Assembly (NCBI GenBank): GCA_040767195.1
Contig: JAXGPA010000006.1
Coordinates: forward strand, 1 to 64,000
From: Syntrophales bacterium
GTDB taxonomy: Bacteria; Desulfobacterota; Syntrophia; Syntrophales; UBA6807
DNA length: 64,000 bases
Direction: 5' to 3'
Shown piece after piece: positions 53,759 through 63,925 of the stretch. The notes under the pieces are model-generated. The model was not told the origin of the DNA and did not search any database. It was given only the letters and a program-made list of their open reading frames with translations. Position numbers and translations under genes: made by a program. Positions within the stretch are counted from its first letter, which is position 1, and each line of letters opens with the position of its first letter.

Positions 53759-54651
53759 GAGCCTTTGCCCGATTCCCTTTCCCTGTCCTTTCTGAGAATG
53801 TGGTTTTTCGCCACGATCTCCACGATGGTCGCCATGTTTCCCCCGGAACGGACGGGAACGCGAATCACGGGAACGGGAACGCCCAGGATGGAGCGGCGCC
53901 GTTCTTCCGATTCGATCCTGTCAAAGGCGGCCCCGGTCTTCCAGCGGACCAGTTCCACGTCGATTTCCACGACCGTTTCCTCCGCCACGGCGGCAACGCC
54001 GAAGAGGCTCTTCACGTTCACCAGGCCGAGCCCCCGGATCTCCATGACGTGTTTGATCAGCCCGGGGCTTCGGCCCCGCAGGCGCCCGTATTCCCCTTTT
54101 TCCACCCGGATGAGATCGTCGGAGACAAGCTTGTGCCCCCGGTTCACCAGTTCGAGAGCGCATTCGCTCTTGCCGATGCCGCTTTCGCCGGTGATGAGGA
54201 TACCGATGCCGAATATCTCGACGAGGACGCCGTGCAGAGAGGTGGTTCCGTGAACCACTTCGCCGATCCGGCGAAGGATTTCGTTTTCCGCCCCCCAGGC
54301 GTCACGGTGGCAGAGAAGAAGGGGCGTGTTTTTCCCGTCGGCGGCCTGGACAAGAAAGGCAGGGGCTTCCCCCGTTCCCGCGAGGACGATGAAATCGGGC
54401 TGGTGATCGAAGAGACCCTTCAGGAAAAGGTCCTGTTCCGGGGCCGGCGCCGCGGACATCCGGGAAACGAGGCTCCCGGGCAGGATGATCCCTCCCCCGG
54501 AAAACCCGGGGAACCCTGGCGGGAGTTCCTCGAAAACGCGAACCGACGGGGCCTGGAGATTCCTGTCCATTCCTCCCTGCCCGGCAACCGGGAGAAAGGG
54601 ATCCTCCCCGTCTCCGGCCTGAAGAAGATCCATCACCGAGGGGTCAGCCAT
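53755..54651 (-). CDS. hprK: HPr kinase/phosphorylase with divergent N-domain
   Basis: LHGVLVEIFGIGILITGESGIGKSECALELVNRGHKLVSDD, MEIRGLGLVNV..LFG. Confidence 0.9.
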   Translation of the reverse strand: MADPSVMDLLQAGDGEDPFLPVAGQGGMDRNLQAPSVRVFEELPPGFPGFSGGGIILPGSLVSRMSAAPAPEQDLFLKGLFDHQPDFIVLAGTGEAPAFLVQAADGKNTPLLLCHRDAWGAENEILRRIGEVVHGTTSLHGVLVEIFGIGILITGESGIGKSECALELVNRGHKLVSDDLIRVEKGEYGRLRGRSPGLIKHVMEIRGLGLVNVKSLFGVAAVAEETVVEIDVELVRWKTGAAFDRIESEERRRSILGVPVPVIRVPVRSGGNMATIVEIVAKNHILRKDRERESGKGS

Positions 54652-54795
54652 GATGAACTCACAGAAGGTCCGATGTATGACGGCTTCTCGGAAAGCCGTC
54701 CGAAAAAAGAGCGTTTCCAGGCTTTTCAGGGTTTGTCACGACGGGTTCCCCCAGGGGATCGCCGAACCCGCCGGAAAGCTGGAAATGCCGGGAAC

Positions 54796-55263
54796 CTACA
54801 TGAAGGACAGGTCCTTCTCCCGAATGAGGTTGTAGAGATCCGTTTTCGACTCCGCCTTCATCAGGCTCTGCCGGAACGTTTCGTCCTTGAGCATTCGCGA
54901 GATTTTTGCCAGGGCTTTCAGGTGCTGGCCCGCCGAATTTTCAGGGGCCATGAGCAGGAAGAAGAGGTAAGCCGGCTTGCCGTCCAGGGCTTCGAAATCG
55001 ACCCCCCTTGTGCTTCTTCCGAAAGAGACGATAAGCCGTTCAAGTGACGCCATCTTGCCGTGAGGAATGGCGATTCCCTCACCGATACCGGTGCTTCCGA
55101 GTTTCTCCCGGTCCAGAAGGACATCCACGACGGCGGCGCTGTCCAGGGATGGTTTTTCCTCGAGAAGAATCTCCGAGAGTTCGCAGAGAACTTCCTTTTT
55201 TGTTTTCGCCTTCAGTTCGTCTATGACGCAAACTTCTGAAAGAAGGTCGGTAATCGATATCAT
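54796..55263 (-). CDS. ptsN: PTS IIA(Ntr)-like protein
   Basis: REKLGSTGIGEGIAIPH, DFEALDGKP, HLKALAKISR; rpoN operon context. Confidence 0.92.
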   Translation of the reverse strand: MISITDLLSEVCVIDELKAKTKKEVLCELSEILLEEKPSLDSAAVVDVLLDREKLGSTGIGEGIAIPHGKMASLERLIVSFGRSTRGVDFEALDGKPAYLFFLLMAPENSAGQHLKALAKISRMLKDETFRQSLMKAESKTDLYNLIREKDLSFM

Positions 55264-55276
55264 CTCGGCTCCGTAA

Positions 55277-55813
55277 TCAGGATTTTGTTTCGATGAGACC
55301 GTAATTCCCGTCGTTCCTGCGATAGAGAATGCTCACGTTCTCCGTGGAAAAATCCCGATAGACGACGAAAGGCGCCCTCGACCCCTCGATCTGCAGAACG
55401 GCGTCGTCCACGGACATGGGCTGAAGAACGACTTTTCGCGTCTCCACGATCTGAGGTTCCGTCTCCCCGGAGACCGCCTCCGCCCCTTCCTCGAGAAGCT
55501 CGGAACCGGCCTTGACGGCGTTCTCCTTCCGGTTCTGAATCTTTTCCTTGTGTTTTTTCAGCTGGCGCTCGATCTTGTCCACCACCTCGTCCACGGCGGT
55601 GATCATGTCCTTGGCCTCTTCCTTTCCGACGATATTCACGCCTTTCCCCAGGAGCTTGACCTCCGCCACGTTCCTGAATTTCTCCACGGAGAGAATGACG
55701 CTTGTTTCGACGGGTTTGTCGATGTATTTCTTCAATCGCTGAATTTTCTTGCTCACATGGTCTTTCAGCCAGTCTTCCCCTTCCATGTTACGGAAGGTCA
55801 GGGAAATCTGCAT
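55277..55813 (-). CDS. hpf: Ribosome hibernation promoting factor (long HPF)
   Basis: MQISLTFRNM, DMITAVDEVVDKIERQLKKHK, PMSVDDA, YRRNDGNYGLIE. Confidence 0.93.
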   Translation of the reverse strand: MQISLTFRNMEGEDWLKDHVSKKIQRLKKYIDKPVETSVILSVEKFRNVAEVKLLGKGVNIVGKEEAKDMITAVDEVVDKIERQLKKHKEKIQNRKENAVKAGSELLEEGAEAVSGETEPQIVETRKVVLQPMSVDDAVLQIEGSRAPFVVYRDFSTENVSILYRRNDGNYGLIETKS

Positions 55814-55959
55814 ATGCCTGTTCCTCCTCTGTCGATGCTTTCCGTTCCCGGGGATTCGCGTACAAGGAAGCTGAACTTTTTTCTTTCACCCGGGAAGGCG
55901 AATATGAATCGTCCCTATAATGGAAAAAGGCCGGGAAAGTCAACCCATTTCGCCGGGAC

Positions 55960-57411
55960 TCAAAAGAATTTTTTTCTTTTCAGGGACGGCAGGATCCCCA
56001 TGAGCTCGCGGTACTTGGCCACGGTCCTCCGGGCGATGCGTATTCCCGACTTCCCCAGGAGCGACACGATCTGGCCGTCGTGAAGAGGCTTCCGGGGGTC
56101 TTCCCGGGCGATGATGTCCCGGATCCTTTCCCGGACGCTCTCCGACGCCACGGCGTCGCCGTCGGTCCTGTTGATGCCGCTGTTGAAAAAATACTTGAGC
56201 TCGAAGATGCCCCGGGGCGTGTGCATGTACTTGTTGGTCGTCACGCGGCTGATGGTCGACTCGTGCATCTCCACGTCCTCGGCGATGTCCCGGAGCACCA
56301 TCGGTTTCAGGTACTGGATGCCCTTGTCGAAAAACGCCTGCTGCTGCGCGACGATGCTTTCCGAGACGCGGTAGATCGTCCTTTGCCTCTGCTGGATGCT
56401 CTTGATGAGCCAGGTGGCCGACTGCAGCCTCTCCCGGATGTAGTCCTTGTTCTGCTCGGTGCCGACCCCGCCGTTCGCGGCGCCTGCCAGGATGTCCCGG
56501 TAAGCGCTGCTCAACTTGATCCGCGGCAGGCCGTCGTCGTTAAGCACGATCCGGTAGGCGTCCCCCATTTTGAACACGAAGACATCGGGAACGATGAAAT
56601 GGGGCTTCTCGTCGCTGTAAACCATGCCCGGGCGCGGGTCCAGGTTGGTGATCACCCGGACGGCGACCAGGACCTCCTCCAGGGTAACCTTCAGTTTCCG
56701 TGCGATGAGCGGGTAATTCTTCGTTTCCAGGTCTTTCATGTGCTCGTCGAGGATTCGCTCGATGAGCGGTTCGTTGAGGCCCAGGCTCTCAAGCTGGTTC
56801 ACCAGGCACTCCCGGAGATCCCGGGCGGCGACGCCGGGGGGATCGAAATCCTGGATCCTTTTCAGGACCCGTTCCACCAGGGCCGTGTCCGCCTTTTCGA
56901 TTGCCGCGATTTCCTCAACCGTGGCCAGGAGGTAGCCTCCGCTGTCGAGATTGCCGATGATCTGGCCCCCGATCCGCTTCTCCTCCTCCGTTGAAGGTGA
57001 CAGGTTGAGCTGCCAGTGAAGATAGTCCGCCAGGGTTTCTTTCCGGGTCATGAGGTTCTCGACGGGCGGAAGATCGCTCTCCTCCCGGTAGTAAGTGACC
57101 CCGACGGGCCCGTAATCCTCCAGGTAGCTGTTCCAGTCGAAATCCTCCTTCCCGTCGCCCTCGCCGGTCACCTCTTTCGTGCGGATGATCTCCTGTTCGC
57201 CGGACCCTTCCAGTTCGTGCCGCCGGTCCTCCTTTCCCTCCATCTCGTCCGGCGCCTGTTCCTCCAGGAGAGGGTTCTGCTCCATTTCCTGGGCCACCAG
57301 GTCGGCAAGCTCGATCCGGGAAAGCTGGAGGAGTTTTATCGCCTGCTGCAGCTGGGGCGTCATGATCAGCTGCTGGGTGAGCTTCAGGCTCTGTTTCAGC
57401 TCAATGCTCAT
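55960..57411 (-). CDS. rpoN: RNA polymerase sigma-54 factor
   Basis: MTPQLQQAIKLLQL, MHESTISRVT, RpoN box ARRTVAKYRE. Confidence 0.99.
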   Translation of the reverse strand: MSIELKQSLKLTQQLIMTPQLQQAIKLLQLSRIELADLVAQEMEQNPLLEEQAPDEMEGKEDRRHELEGSGEQEIIRTKEVTGEGDGKEDFDWNSYLEDYGPVGVTYYREESDLPPVENLMTRKETLADYLHWQLNLSPSTEEEKRIGGQIIGNLDSGGYLLATVEEIAAIEKADTALVERVLKRIQDFDPPGVAARDLRECLVNQLESLGLNEPLIERILDEHMKDLETKNYPLIARKLKVTLEEVLVAVRVITNLDPRPGMVYSDEKPHFIVPDVFVFKMGDAYRIVLNDDGLPRIKLSSAYRDILAGAANGGVGTEQNKDYIRERLQSATWLIKSIQQRQRTIYRVSESIVAQQQAFFDKGIQYLKPMVLRDIAEDVEMHESTISRVTTNKYMHTPRGIFELKYFFNSGINRTDGDAVASESVRERIRDIIAREDPRKPLHDGQIVSLLGKSGIRIARRTVAKYRELMGILPSLKRKKFF

Positions 57412-57452
57412 TTATCCTGTCTCAAGGTCTCCTGTGGACCTTCGATAAGTCG

Positions 57453-58181
57453 TCAAAAATTAAATCGTTCACCAAGATAGAATTTCCGCGCCAGGTCGCT
57501 TCCGGCGATCCGCTCCGGGGGCCCCTCGATGAGGAGGCTTCCCTCGTTGAGAATGTAAGCCCGGTCACAGACGGTCAGGGTCTCCCGGACATTGTGATCG
57601 GAAATCACCACCCCGATGTTCCTGGCCTTCAGGTCCAAGATGATCTTCTGTATGTCCTCGATGGCCAGCGGGTCTATCCCGGCAAAGGGCTCATCGAGGA
57701 GGATGAACTGGGGCGACGTGACGAGAGACCGGGTAATCTCCACGCGCCTTCTTTCGCCTCCCGACAGGGCATAAGCGGGGCTTCCCGCCAGGGGGGCGAG
57801 ACCCAGTTCCTCCAGAAGCTCGGCCAGGCGCCTTTTCGTCTCCTCCCGGCTCGTCCCCAGCATCTCGAGGATGGCCAGGATGTTTTCCTCCACGGTAAGC
57901 TTCCGGAAGACCGAGGGCTCCTGAGGCAGGTAGCTGATCCCTTTCCGGGCGCGAAGGTACATGGGCTCACCGCCGATTTCCTGCCCGTTCAGGCGAATGG
58001 ACCCCTGGTCGGGGCGGATCAGCCCGACGATCATGTAAAAGGTCGTCGTCTTCCCCGCGCCGTTGGGCCCGAGAAGGCCCACGACTTCGCCCCGCCTGAG
58101 GGAGAGGGTGACCCCTTTCACCACCGCCCTTCCGTGGTACGTTTTCAAAAGATCGATTGCCTCGAGGGTTGCCGGATTCAC
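57453..58181 (-). CDS. lptB: LPS export ABC ATPase
   Basis: GLLGPNGAGKTTTF, YLPQEPSVFRKL, LSGGERRRVEI, LDEPFAGIDP, DHNVRETL. Confidence 0.97.
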   Translation of the reverse strand: MNPATLEAIDLLKTYHGRAVVKGVTLSLRRGEVVGLLGPNGAGKTTTFYMIVGLIRPDQGSIRLNGQEIGGEPMYLRARKGISYLPQEPSVFRKLTVEENILAILEMLGTSREETKRRLAELLEELGLAPLAGSPAYALSGGERRRVEITRSLVTSPQFILLDEPFAGIDPLAIEDIQKIILDLKARNIGVVISDHNVRETLTVCDRAYILNEGSLLIEGPPERIAGSDLARKFYLGERFNF

Positions 58182-58222
58182 CGCGCCTCAACCGTGTTCG
58201 GTCCCTTCTTCCAGGCCCGCCG

Positions 58223-58783
58223 TCATTTCTCGTCGGGGAAAAGGGTGGCCTTGACCCGCTTTTTTTCCGAGCCTTCCACCATCCCGACATTTTCATCGAG
58301 ACGATAGACGATCCTGTCGCCCTCGATGCGATTTTTGCCGTCTTCCAGGACCGCGTGGCCGGTGACGACGACTTTCCGCTCACCGGCGAAAAAGTCCGCT
58401 TCGTCCCCGGTGACCCGGCGGCCCTCCTTGAAAATTTCCACGTCCCCTTTCGCCGTCACCCGGTCCACCTCCCCCAGGCCGGACCCTTCCGCCGAGCCGG
58501 GGGAAGACCGGTAATGGACGACGAGTTCCCGGGACCGGACCGTCATGTTCTCGCGAACCGCCCGGACATCACCGGAAAAAACGGCGATGTTCTTCTCTCC
58601 CTCGATGGTGAGCCGCTCGGCGGTCACCAGGAGCGGCGGCCCTTCTTCTTCCGCCGCGGCGTCGCCCGGGCCCGCCAGGAGGAGCGCCAGAAAGAGGAGC
58701 GTCGATACCGCCAGATTGTTTCTTGTCCAGGCACTCTCAAGAAATCTTCTCTTCACCGTAACACCGAAAACGCGAATTGTCAC
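58223..58783 (-). CDS. lptA: LPS transport periplasmic protein
   Basis: OstA-like beta-jellyroll pattern (VTAERL..AVFSGDVRA..AKGDV..IEGDRIVY..RVKATL) between lptC and lptB. Start uncertain. Confidence 0.85.
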   Translation of the reverse strand: MTIRVFGVTVKRRFLESAWTRNNLAVSTLLFLALLLAGPGDAAAEEEGPPLLVTAERLTIEGEKNIAVFSGDVRAVRENMTVRSRELVVHYRSSPGSAEGSGLGEVDRVTAKGDVEIFKEGRRVTGDEADFFAGERKVVVTGHAVLEDGKNRIEGDRIVYRLDENVGMVEGSEKKRVKATLFPDEK

Positions 58784-59346
58784 CGCCCCGGGAAAGACAG
58801 GGAAAAGCCGGCTATCCTGGCCCGGACGGCCCCGGCCGCCTCGAAGCGCTTCTCCCCGGGCCGCAGGATCAGGCCCTCACCCCGTATTTCCATGTCCCCA
58901 TAGGCGATCCTGAATTCCCCCGGCGTGAAGATCTTTCCCTCTTCATGCCGGTAATGAAGTTCATCGGCTTCGCAGCGGTCTCCCCGGTCGGAGGTGAGGA
59001 CCACGTCCCCGTAAAGATCCATGTTCCTCTTTTCCGTGTCCACCTCGCCACGGCGGGCGGTGATGTCGTAAACACCGCCGGTGTCCTTCATCTCCACCCG
59101 GACATTTTCCAGGGTCACCTTCTTTTCCTTCATGGAATAGCGCGCCGTGTCGGCGAAAACGGTCCACTGAACGGTGGATTCATCCACCTGGTCGAGCCGG
59201 AAGTCCCGCACCACCACGTCGGCCTTTTCCGAAAACACCTTGAGGGCTTTTCCCGGTTCGTTCCCGCCGCGACTGAAGAAAAAAGCGAGGAAGAAAAAAA
59301 AAGCAATGAAAAGAGCAAGGGAAACGAGAACCTTTTTTCGTTTCAT
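58780..59346 (-). CDS. lptC: LPS export protein LptC
   Basis: Basic N-terminus with single TM, W...A..A, LYGDVVL, GEGL; synteny with lptA and lptB. Confidence 0.85.
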   Translation of the reverse strand: MKRKKVLVSLALFIAFFFFLAFFFSRGGNEPGKALKVFSEKADVVVRDFRLDQVDESTVQWTVFADTARYSMKEKKVTLENVRVEMKDTGGVYDITARRGEVDTEKRNMDLYGDVVLTSDRGDRCEADELHYRHEEGKIFTPGEFRIAYGDMEIRGEGLILRPGEKRFEAAGAVRARIAGFSLSFPGR

Positions 59347-59363
59347 GACGAGGTCCTGATTTC

Positions 59364-59392
59364 AATATATCACTGTCCCCGCGGCCTGTAAA
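59364..59392 (-). promoter_or_regulatory. Internal sigma70-type promoter for lptCAB-rpoN
   Basis: TTTACA-N17-TATATT. Confidence 0.5.
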
Positions 59393-59400
59393 GCGAACCG

Positions 59401-59976
59401 TCAGGGCAGATCCAGCTCGTACCGGGATGCTATTTCCTCCCACTTGCCCTGGACCTGGAGAATCAGCTCGCAGACTTCCCGGACGGCCCCCCGGCCGCCG
59501 GGCCGGCGGGTCACGTAATGGGCCTGCCTTTTCGCGTATTCGGAGGCGTCGGCCACCGATACGGCAAACCCCACCCGCCGGAAAAGAGGGACATCGACGA
59601 TGTCGTCTCCCATGCAGGCGATTTCGGCGGCCCCGATGCCGTGGCGTTCCATGATTTCACGAAGGACCGCCGGCTTATCCCAGGCCTTCTGGTGAACCTC
59701 CGAGACGCCCAGGTCGGCGGCCCGGCGGGGGACGACCCCCGAGGTCCGACCGGTGACGAAGATCACCCGGATTCCCGCCCGCATGAGAAGTTTCAGTCCG
59801 TGACCGTCCCGGACGTCGAAATGCTTGGTTTCCCGGCCTTCGTCGTCCATGATGATCCGCCCGTCGGTGAGAACGCCGTCCACATCGGTGATGAAGTAGG
59901 TCACGGGAAGAATCCGTTTCCGCAGGTCGTCGGAAACCGCCGCCGGTCCCAGGTTCTCCTGTCTTTCCGCTTTCAC
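59401..59976 (-). CDS. kdsC: KDO 8-phosphate phosphatase
   Basis: DVDGVLTDG, FDVRDGHG, MGDDIVD, GGRGAVRE. Confidence 0.95.
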   Translation of the reverse strand: MKAERQENLGPAAVSDDLRKRILPVTYFITDVDGVLTDGRIIMDDEGRETKHFDVRDGHGLKLLMRAGIRVIFVTGRTSGVVPRRAADLGVSEVHQKAWDKPAVLREIMERHGIGAAEIACMGDDIVDVPLFRRVGFAVSVADASEYAKRQAHYVTRRPGGRGAVREVCELILQVQGKWEEIASRYELDLP

Positions 59977-60809
59977 AGGCGCTCCTTTTCCTTGACGAGA
60001 TCATCGATGCCCCTGAGGAGGCGCAGAATGTCCGGCAGGCGGTCCAGGTAGAGGGAGTTGGGCCCGTCGCAAAGGGCCCGGGGCGGGTCGGGGTGGGCTT
60101 CCACGAAAAGACCGTCCACCCCCGCCGCGACGGCGGCGCGGGCCAGGAAAACGGCCATTTCCCGGTCACCGCCCGACGCGTCTCCCTCGCCGCCGGGAAA
60201 CTGCACGCTGTGGGTAGCGTCGAATATGACGGGGTATCCCGTCTTTCTCAGAACGGGAAGGGACCGCATGTCCGCCACCAGGTCGTTGTACCCGAAGGTG
60301 TAGCCCCGCTCCGTGATGGTGATGTTTCCGTTCCCCGCGGCGGCCGCCTTGTCGAGGATCATCCGGCCGTCGTGGGGGGCGACGAACTGTCCCTTCTTGA
60401 TGTTGAGGACCCGGGCCTTGCGGGCCGCTTCCTGGACGAAATCGGTCTGGCGGCAGAGAAAAGCGGGCACCTGGACGATGTCGAGAACCGCCGAGGCCGC
60501 CTCGATCTCCTCGAACCGGTGGACATCGGACAGGACCGGGACGGCGATTTCCCTTTTAACCTTCTCGAGTACCCGAAGCCCCTTTTCGAGTCCCGGTCCC
60601 CGGAAAGACGCCCGGGACGTCCGGTTCGCCTTGTCGTAGGAGGCCTTGAAGACGAAGGGGATCCCCAGGGCTTCGGCGGTTTCCCGAAGCTTTTCCGCCG
60701 TCCTGAGGGTCATGTCCTCGCTTTCGATGACGCAGGGACCTGCGATGAGGACGAAGGGGCGGCCCCCCCCGATAACCACGCCCGGCCGGATTTCGATTTC
60801 TCTTGTCAT
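59973..60809 (-). CDS. kdsA: KDO 8-phosphate synthase
   Basis: IAGPCVIE, KASYDKANRTS, QVPAFLCRQTD, NIKKGQF, FDATHSVQ, CDGPN. Confidence 0.98.
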   Translation of the reverse strand: MTREIEIRPGVVIGGGRPFVLIAGPCVIESEDMTLRTAEKLRETAEALGIPFVFKASYDKANRTSRASFRGPGLEKGLRVLEKVKREIAVPVLSDVHRFEEIEAASAVLDIVQVPAFLCRQTDFVQEAARKARVLNIKKGQFVAPHDGRMILDKAAAAGNGNITITERGYTFGYNDLVADMRSLPVLRKTGYPVIFDATHSVQFPGGEGDASGGDREMAVFLARAAVAAGVDGLFVEAHPDPPRALCDGPNSLYLDRLPDILRLLRGIDDLVKEKERL

Positions 60810-62794
60810 CCCTTTTTACCGTATTTCTGTTTCAGGATCCGGATTTTCATTTCCGGGATCTTCCGGGCCGCCTCGGCCGAGTCGGGGTTGAGCTGATAGG
60901 CCATGGTGTAGGCCTTCAGGGCGTCCTCATACCGTCCCTTCTTCTCGTAGGCGGCGGCCAGGTTGAGGTGGGTCACGTCGTCCTCCCGGTCGTACCGGAG
61001 GGCCTTGCGGTAATTCTCTATGGCCCTGTCCAGGTCCCCCTTGGCGCTGTAAGCCAGCCCCAGGCCCGCGTAAAGTTCCCCCCGTTTCGGATCCAGGGCG
61101 ATCATTTTTTCATAGGCCTTGATGGCCCCCGAATACTCCTTGTACCGCATGGAATATTCCGCCCAGAGCGTGAACGCCTCCGGGGCGGGCTTCACCGCGG
61201 CGTAACGCTCGCAAACTTCGAGGACCTTCTTCTTTTTTCCCAGGCGGTCGTAAAGGACGGCCAGGTCCCGGTAAAGCTCCGGGTCCTTCCACCCGTTCTT
61301 CAGGGCGAGATCGAAATGCTCCGCCGCCTTACCGTCGTTCTTGAGGCCCCGGTACGCCGTTCCCGCCTTGACGTGGAGGGCGGCGTCCCCCGGCGCCCTG
61401 GAGAGCAGTTCGTCGTAAGAAGCCGCCGCTTTCCCGTAGTTTTTCGCCGCCAGGGAGACGTCGGCCAGGCGCCCCAGGGCGTCCCCGTCGCCGGACTTTA
61501 GCGTGAGAATCCGCTCGTATTCGGCGGCGGCCTCATCGTAAAGCTTCCGCTTTTCATAGGCGAGAGCCAGGTTCATCCGGACGACCGTGTCCTTCTCGTT
61601 CAGGGAGAGGGCCTTCCTGTAGTTGGCCACTTCCCGGTTCCACTCGCCCATGCCGGCGTAGGCGAGCCCGATGTTGGCGTAGGCCGCCCCGTTTCGGGGC
61701 TCCCTGGCGATGACCTCCCGGTAGAAGGGAATGGCCTTCTCGTATTGCCCCGCCTTGAGGTAGCCGTCCGCCAGGGCGTTCAGGACCGCCGGGTTTTCGG
61801 GCATGTCCTTGTGGACGGACTCGTAAAGGGCCAGGGCCTCCTTTTCACTTCCCGTCTTCTCCAGGACCCGGGCCAGCCGGTAGCGGATTTCCCCGTTGTC
61901 CCGGTTCAGCTCCAGGGACGCCCGGTAGTTGGCGGCGGCCCGCCCCCACTGGCCGAGTTTTTCGTAGGCATAGGCTATGTTGGCGTAAGCGCCGGCGTCC
62001 TTCGGGTTCTGCCCGATGATCTCCCGGTAGAGGGGAAGAACTTTCTCATATAGATCTTCCTTCAGGTACAGTCTCGACAGGGCTTCCAGGGCCGTCGCGT
62101 CCCCGGGGGATGAAGCGAGTACCTTCTCGTACTCCCGGGCCGCCTTCTCCGTCATGCCCGCCTTGACGTACAGGCTCGCCAGGGCCTTCCGGGCGTTGAC
62201 GTCCCCTTTCTGCATTTCCACCGCCCGGGCCAGAAGCCTGATCTGCTTTCGGGTGTCCTCCGTTTTCCGGGCCTGGCGAAGCCAGTCCTGGGCGGTGATG
62301 TTGATTTCAACAGGTATCAGGGCGATTTCCCGTTCCCCATAGAGGACATGGATTCCCGGCTTGGGAGCCCCGGCGCCGCTTTCCGCGGACAGGAAGCGAT
62401 CCACGATGTCCACACCCTTCAGGAGCCGGCGAAGATCGTTTTCCTCTCCCGCCCCGTCCACATCCACGGTGACTCCCCGCTGCCACAGCGTGTCCGTCTC
62501 CACGGCAACAATGACGAACTCATCCCGGTAGGTTATTTCCAGGGAGCCGTCCCTTGCCACCTGGAGATTTTCCCCGTTTTTCTCCACGGTGAGAAAGCGG
62601 AACGCGGGCGTGCGGCCCTTCACGGCGGTGAGAACGGTATTCCTCAGCCTGACGGTGAAATCCTCCACGGGCTGCCAGGACCCCGGGAGAAAACGCCAGG
62701 CCAGGACCCCCGCCGCGGCGATAACGAGGACGGCGACGGTTCCGGCGGCCAGGGCTTTCAGCCGCCGTCTTTTTCTTTCTTCTCTTTTTTTCAT
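60806..62794 (-). CDS. Membrane-anchored tetratricopeptide-repeat protein
   Basis: Basic N-terminus with TM, a beta-rich domain, then many consecutive TPR units; stop overlaps the kdsA start. Start uncertain (62794 or 62842). Confidence 0.85.
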   Translation of the reverse strand: MKKREERKRRRLKALAAGTVAVLVIAAAGVLAWRFLPGSWQPVEDFTVRLRNTVLTAVKGRTPAFRFLTVEKNGENLQVARDGSLEITYRDEFVIVAVETDTLWQRGVTVDVDGAGEENDLRRLLKGVDIVDRFLSAESGAGAPKPGIHVLYGEREIALIPVEINITAQDWLRQARKTEDTRKQIRLLARAVEMQKGDVNARKALASLYVKAGMTEKAAREYEKVLASSPGDATALEALSRLYLKEDLYEKVLPLYREIIGQNPKDAGAYANIAYAYEKLGQWGRAAANYRASLELNRDNGEIRYRLARVLEKTGSEKEALALYESVHKDMPENPAVLNALADGYLKAGQYEKAIPFYREVIAREPRNGAAYANIGLAYAGMGEWNREVANYRKALSLNEKDTVVRMNLALAYEKRKLYDEAAAEYERILTLKSGDGDALGRLADVSLAAKNYGKAAASYDELLSRAPGDAALHVKAGTAYRGLKNDGKAAEHFDLALKNGWKDPELYRDLAVLYDRLGKKKKVLEVCERYAAVKPAPEAFTLWAEYSMRYKEYSGAIKAYEKMIALDPKRGELYAGLGLAYSAKGDLDRAIENYRKALRYDREDDVTHLNLAAAYEKKGRYEDALKAYTMAYQLNPDSAEAARKIPEMKIRILKQKYGKKG

Positions 62795-62999
62795 CCGGTC
62801 CCCGGGGTCCGGGTCGGAACGGGTTTTGTAAATTTCCACCATCTTTCCAGCGTGCAGAAAAAAGTGAACCTGTGTCAAGGGAACAGGCGGGCCGAAGCCC
62901 CTTTCAACGGACTTTCATTACCACATTTGCCGCCCATGTTCCATAGCGGCCGAATGGGGGGCCCGGTGAAAAAGGGAACCGGGAGGGCCGCCGGGCGGG

Positions 63000-63767
63000 T
63001 TATCTGGAAGGGCCGGTCTCCCCGGGGGGGAACATCCGCGATCGAAGGAGGCCCATCCGGGCCAGGCGGAATTTCAGGGCTGTCCGCAGGCAGCCGAACC
63101 CGTAGGCGAGGCTTCTTCTGAAGTTGATGGACGAGGCTTCCTCGAAATACCGGGTAGGGCAGCTGACCTCGGCGATGGTCTCCCCCCGCCATAGAATCTC
63201 CGCCAGGATCTCGTTGTCGAAGACGAAGTCGTCCGAGTTTTCCTCCAGGGGAAGCGACTGGAGCAGCTCCCGGGAAAAGGCCCGGTATCCCGTGTGGAAC
63301 TCGGAGAGCTTGGCGTCCATGAGAATGTTTTCCACGAAGGTGAGAAACCGGTTTGACAGGTACCGCCACAGGGGCATTCCCCCTTTCAGGGCGTGGCCGC
63401 CCAGGATCCGGGACCCGAGAACGCACGAATACAGGCCGTTTCCGATGAGGGCGGCCATGGCGGGAATGAGCTTGGGCGTGTACTGGTAGTCCGGGTGGAC
63501 CATGATGACGATGTCCGCACCCGCCTCCAGGGCCAGGCGGTAGCAGGTCTTCTGGTTCGCCCCGTAGCCGAGGTTTCGTTCATGGGTGAAAACCCTCGTT
63601 TTCGGAAGGGTGCGGGCGAGGCCGACGGTCTCGTCCCCGCTGGCGTCGTCCACGAGGATGATCTCGTCCACCATTTCCTGGTCCATCACGTCCCGGTACG
63701 TCTGGTGGAGCGTTTTCGCCGCGTTGAAGGCGGGCATGACGACGATCACTTTCTTTTGCCTGTACAC
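63000..63767 (-). CDS. Glycosyltransferase family 2 (polyprenol-phosphate sugar transferase-like)
   Basis: VVMPAFNA, LVDDASGD, NLGYGANQKT, HPDYQY, VLGSR, HTGYRAF. Start set at GTG 63767 (RBS AAGGA). Confidence 0.92.
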   Translation of the reverse strand: MYRQKKVIVVMPAFNAAKTLHQTYRDVMDQEMVDEIILVDDASGDETVGLARTLPKTRVFTHERNLGYGANQKTCYRLALEAGADIVIMVHPDYQYTPKLIPAMAALIGNGLYSCVLGSRILGGHALKGGMPLWRYLSNRFLTFVENILMDAKLSEFHTGYRAFSRELLQSLPLEENSDDFVFDNEILAEILWRGETIAEVSCPTRYFEEASSINFRRSLAYGFGCLRTALKFRLARMGLLRSRMFPPGETGPSR

Positions 63768-63925
63768 ACCCGATTCCTTTCCCCGGAAACGTCCGCGATC
63801 CTTACATCGCACAAAATGCGCCTTGAACGCAATCCCCCTTTTCGGAACGCCCCGTTCGCCGTTCAGGAGAATGCCGCCACGGCTTTTTCACACCCTGCCC
63901 TGGCGCGGGACGCTCGGAGGAAATC

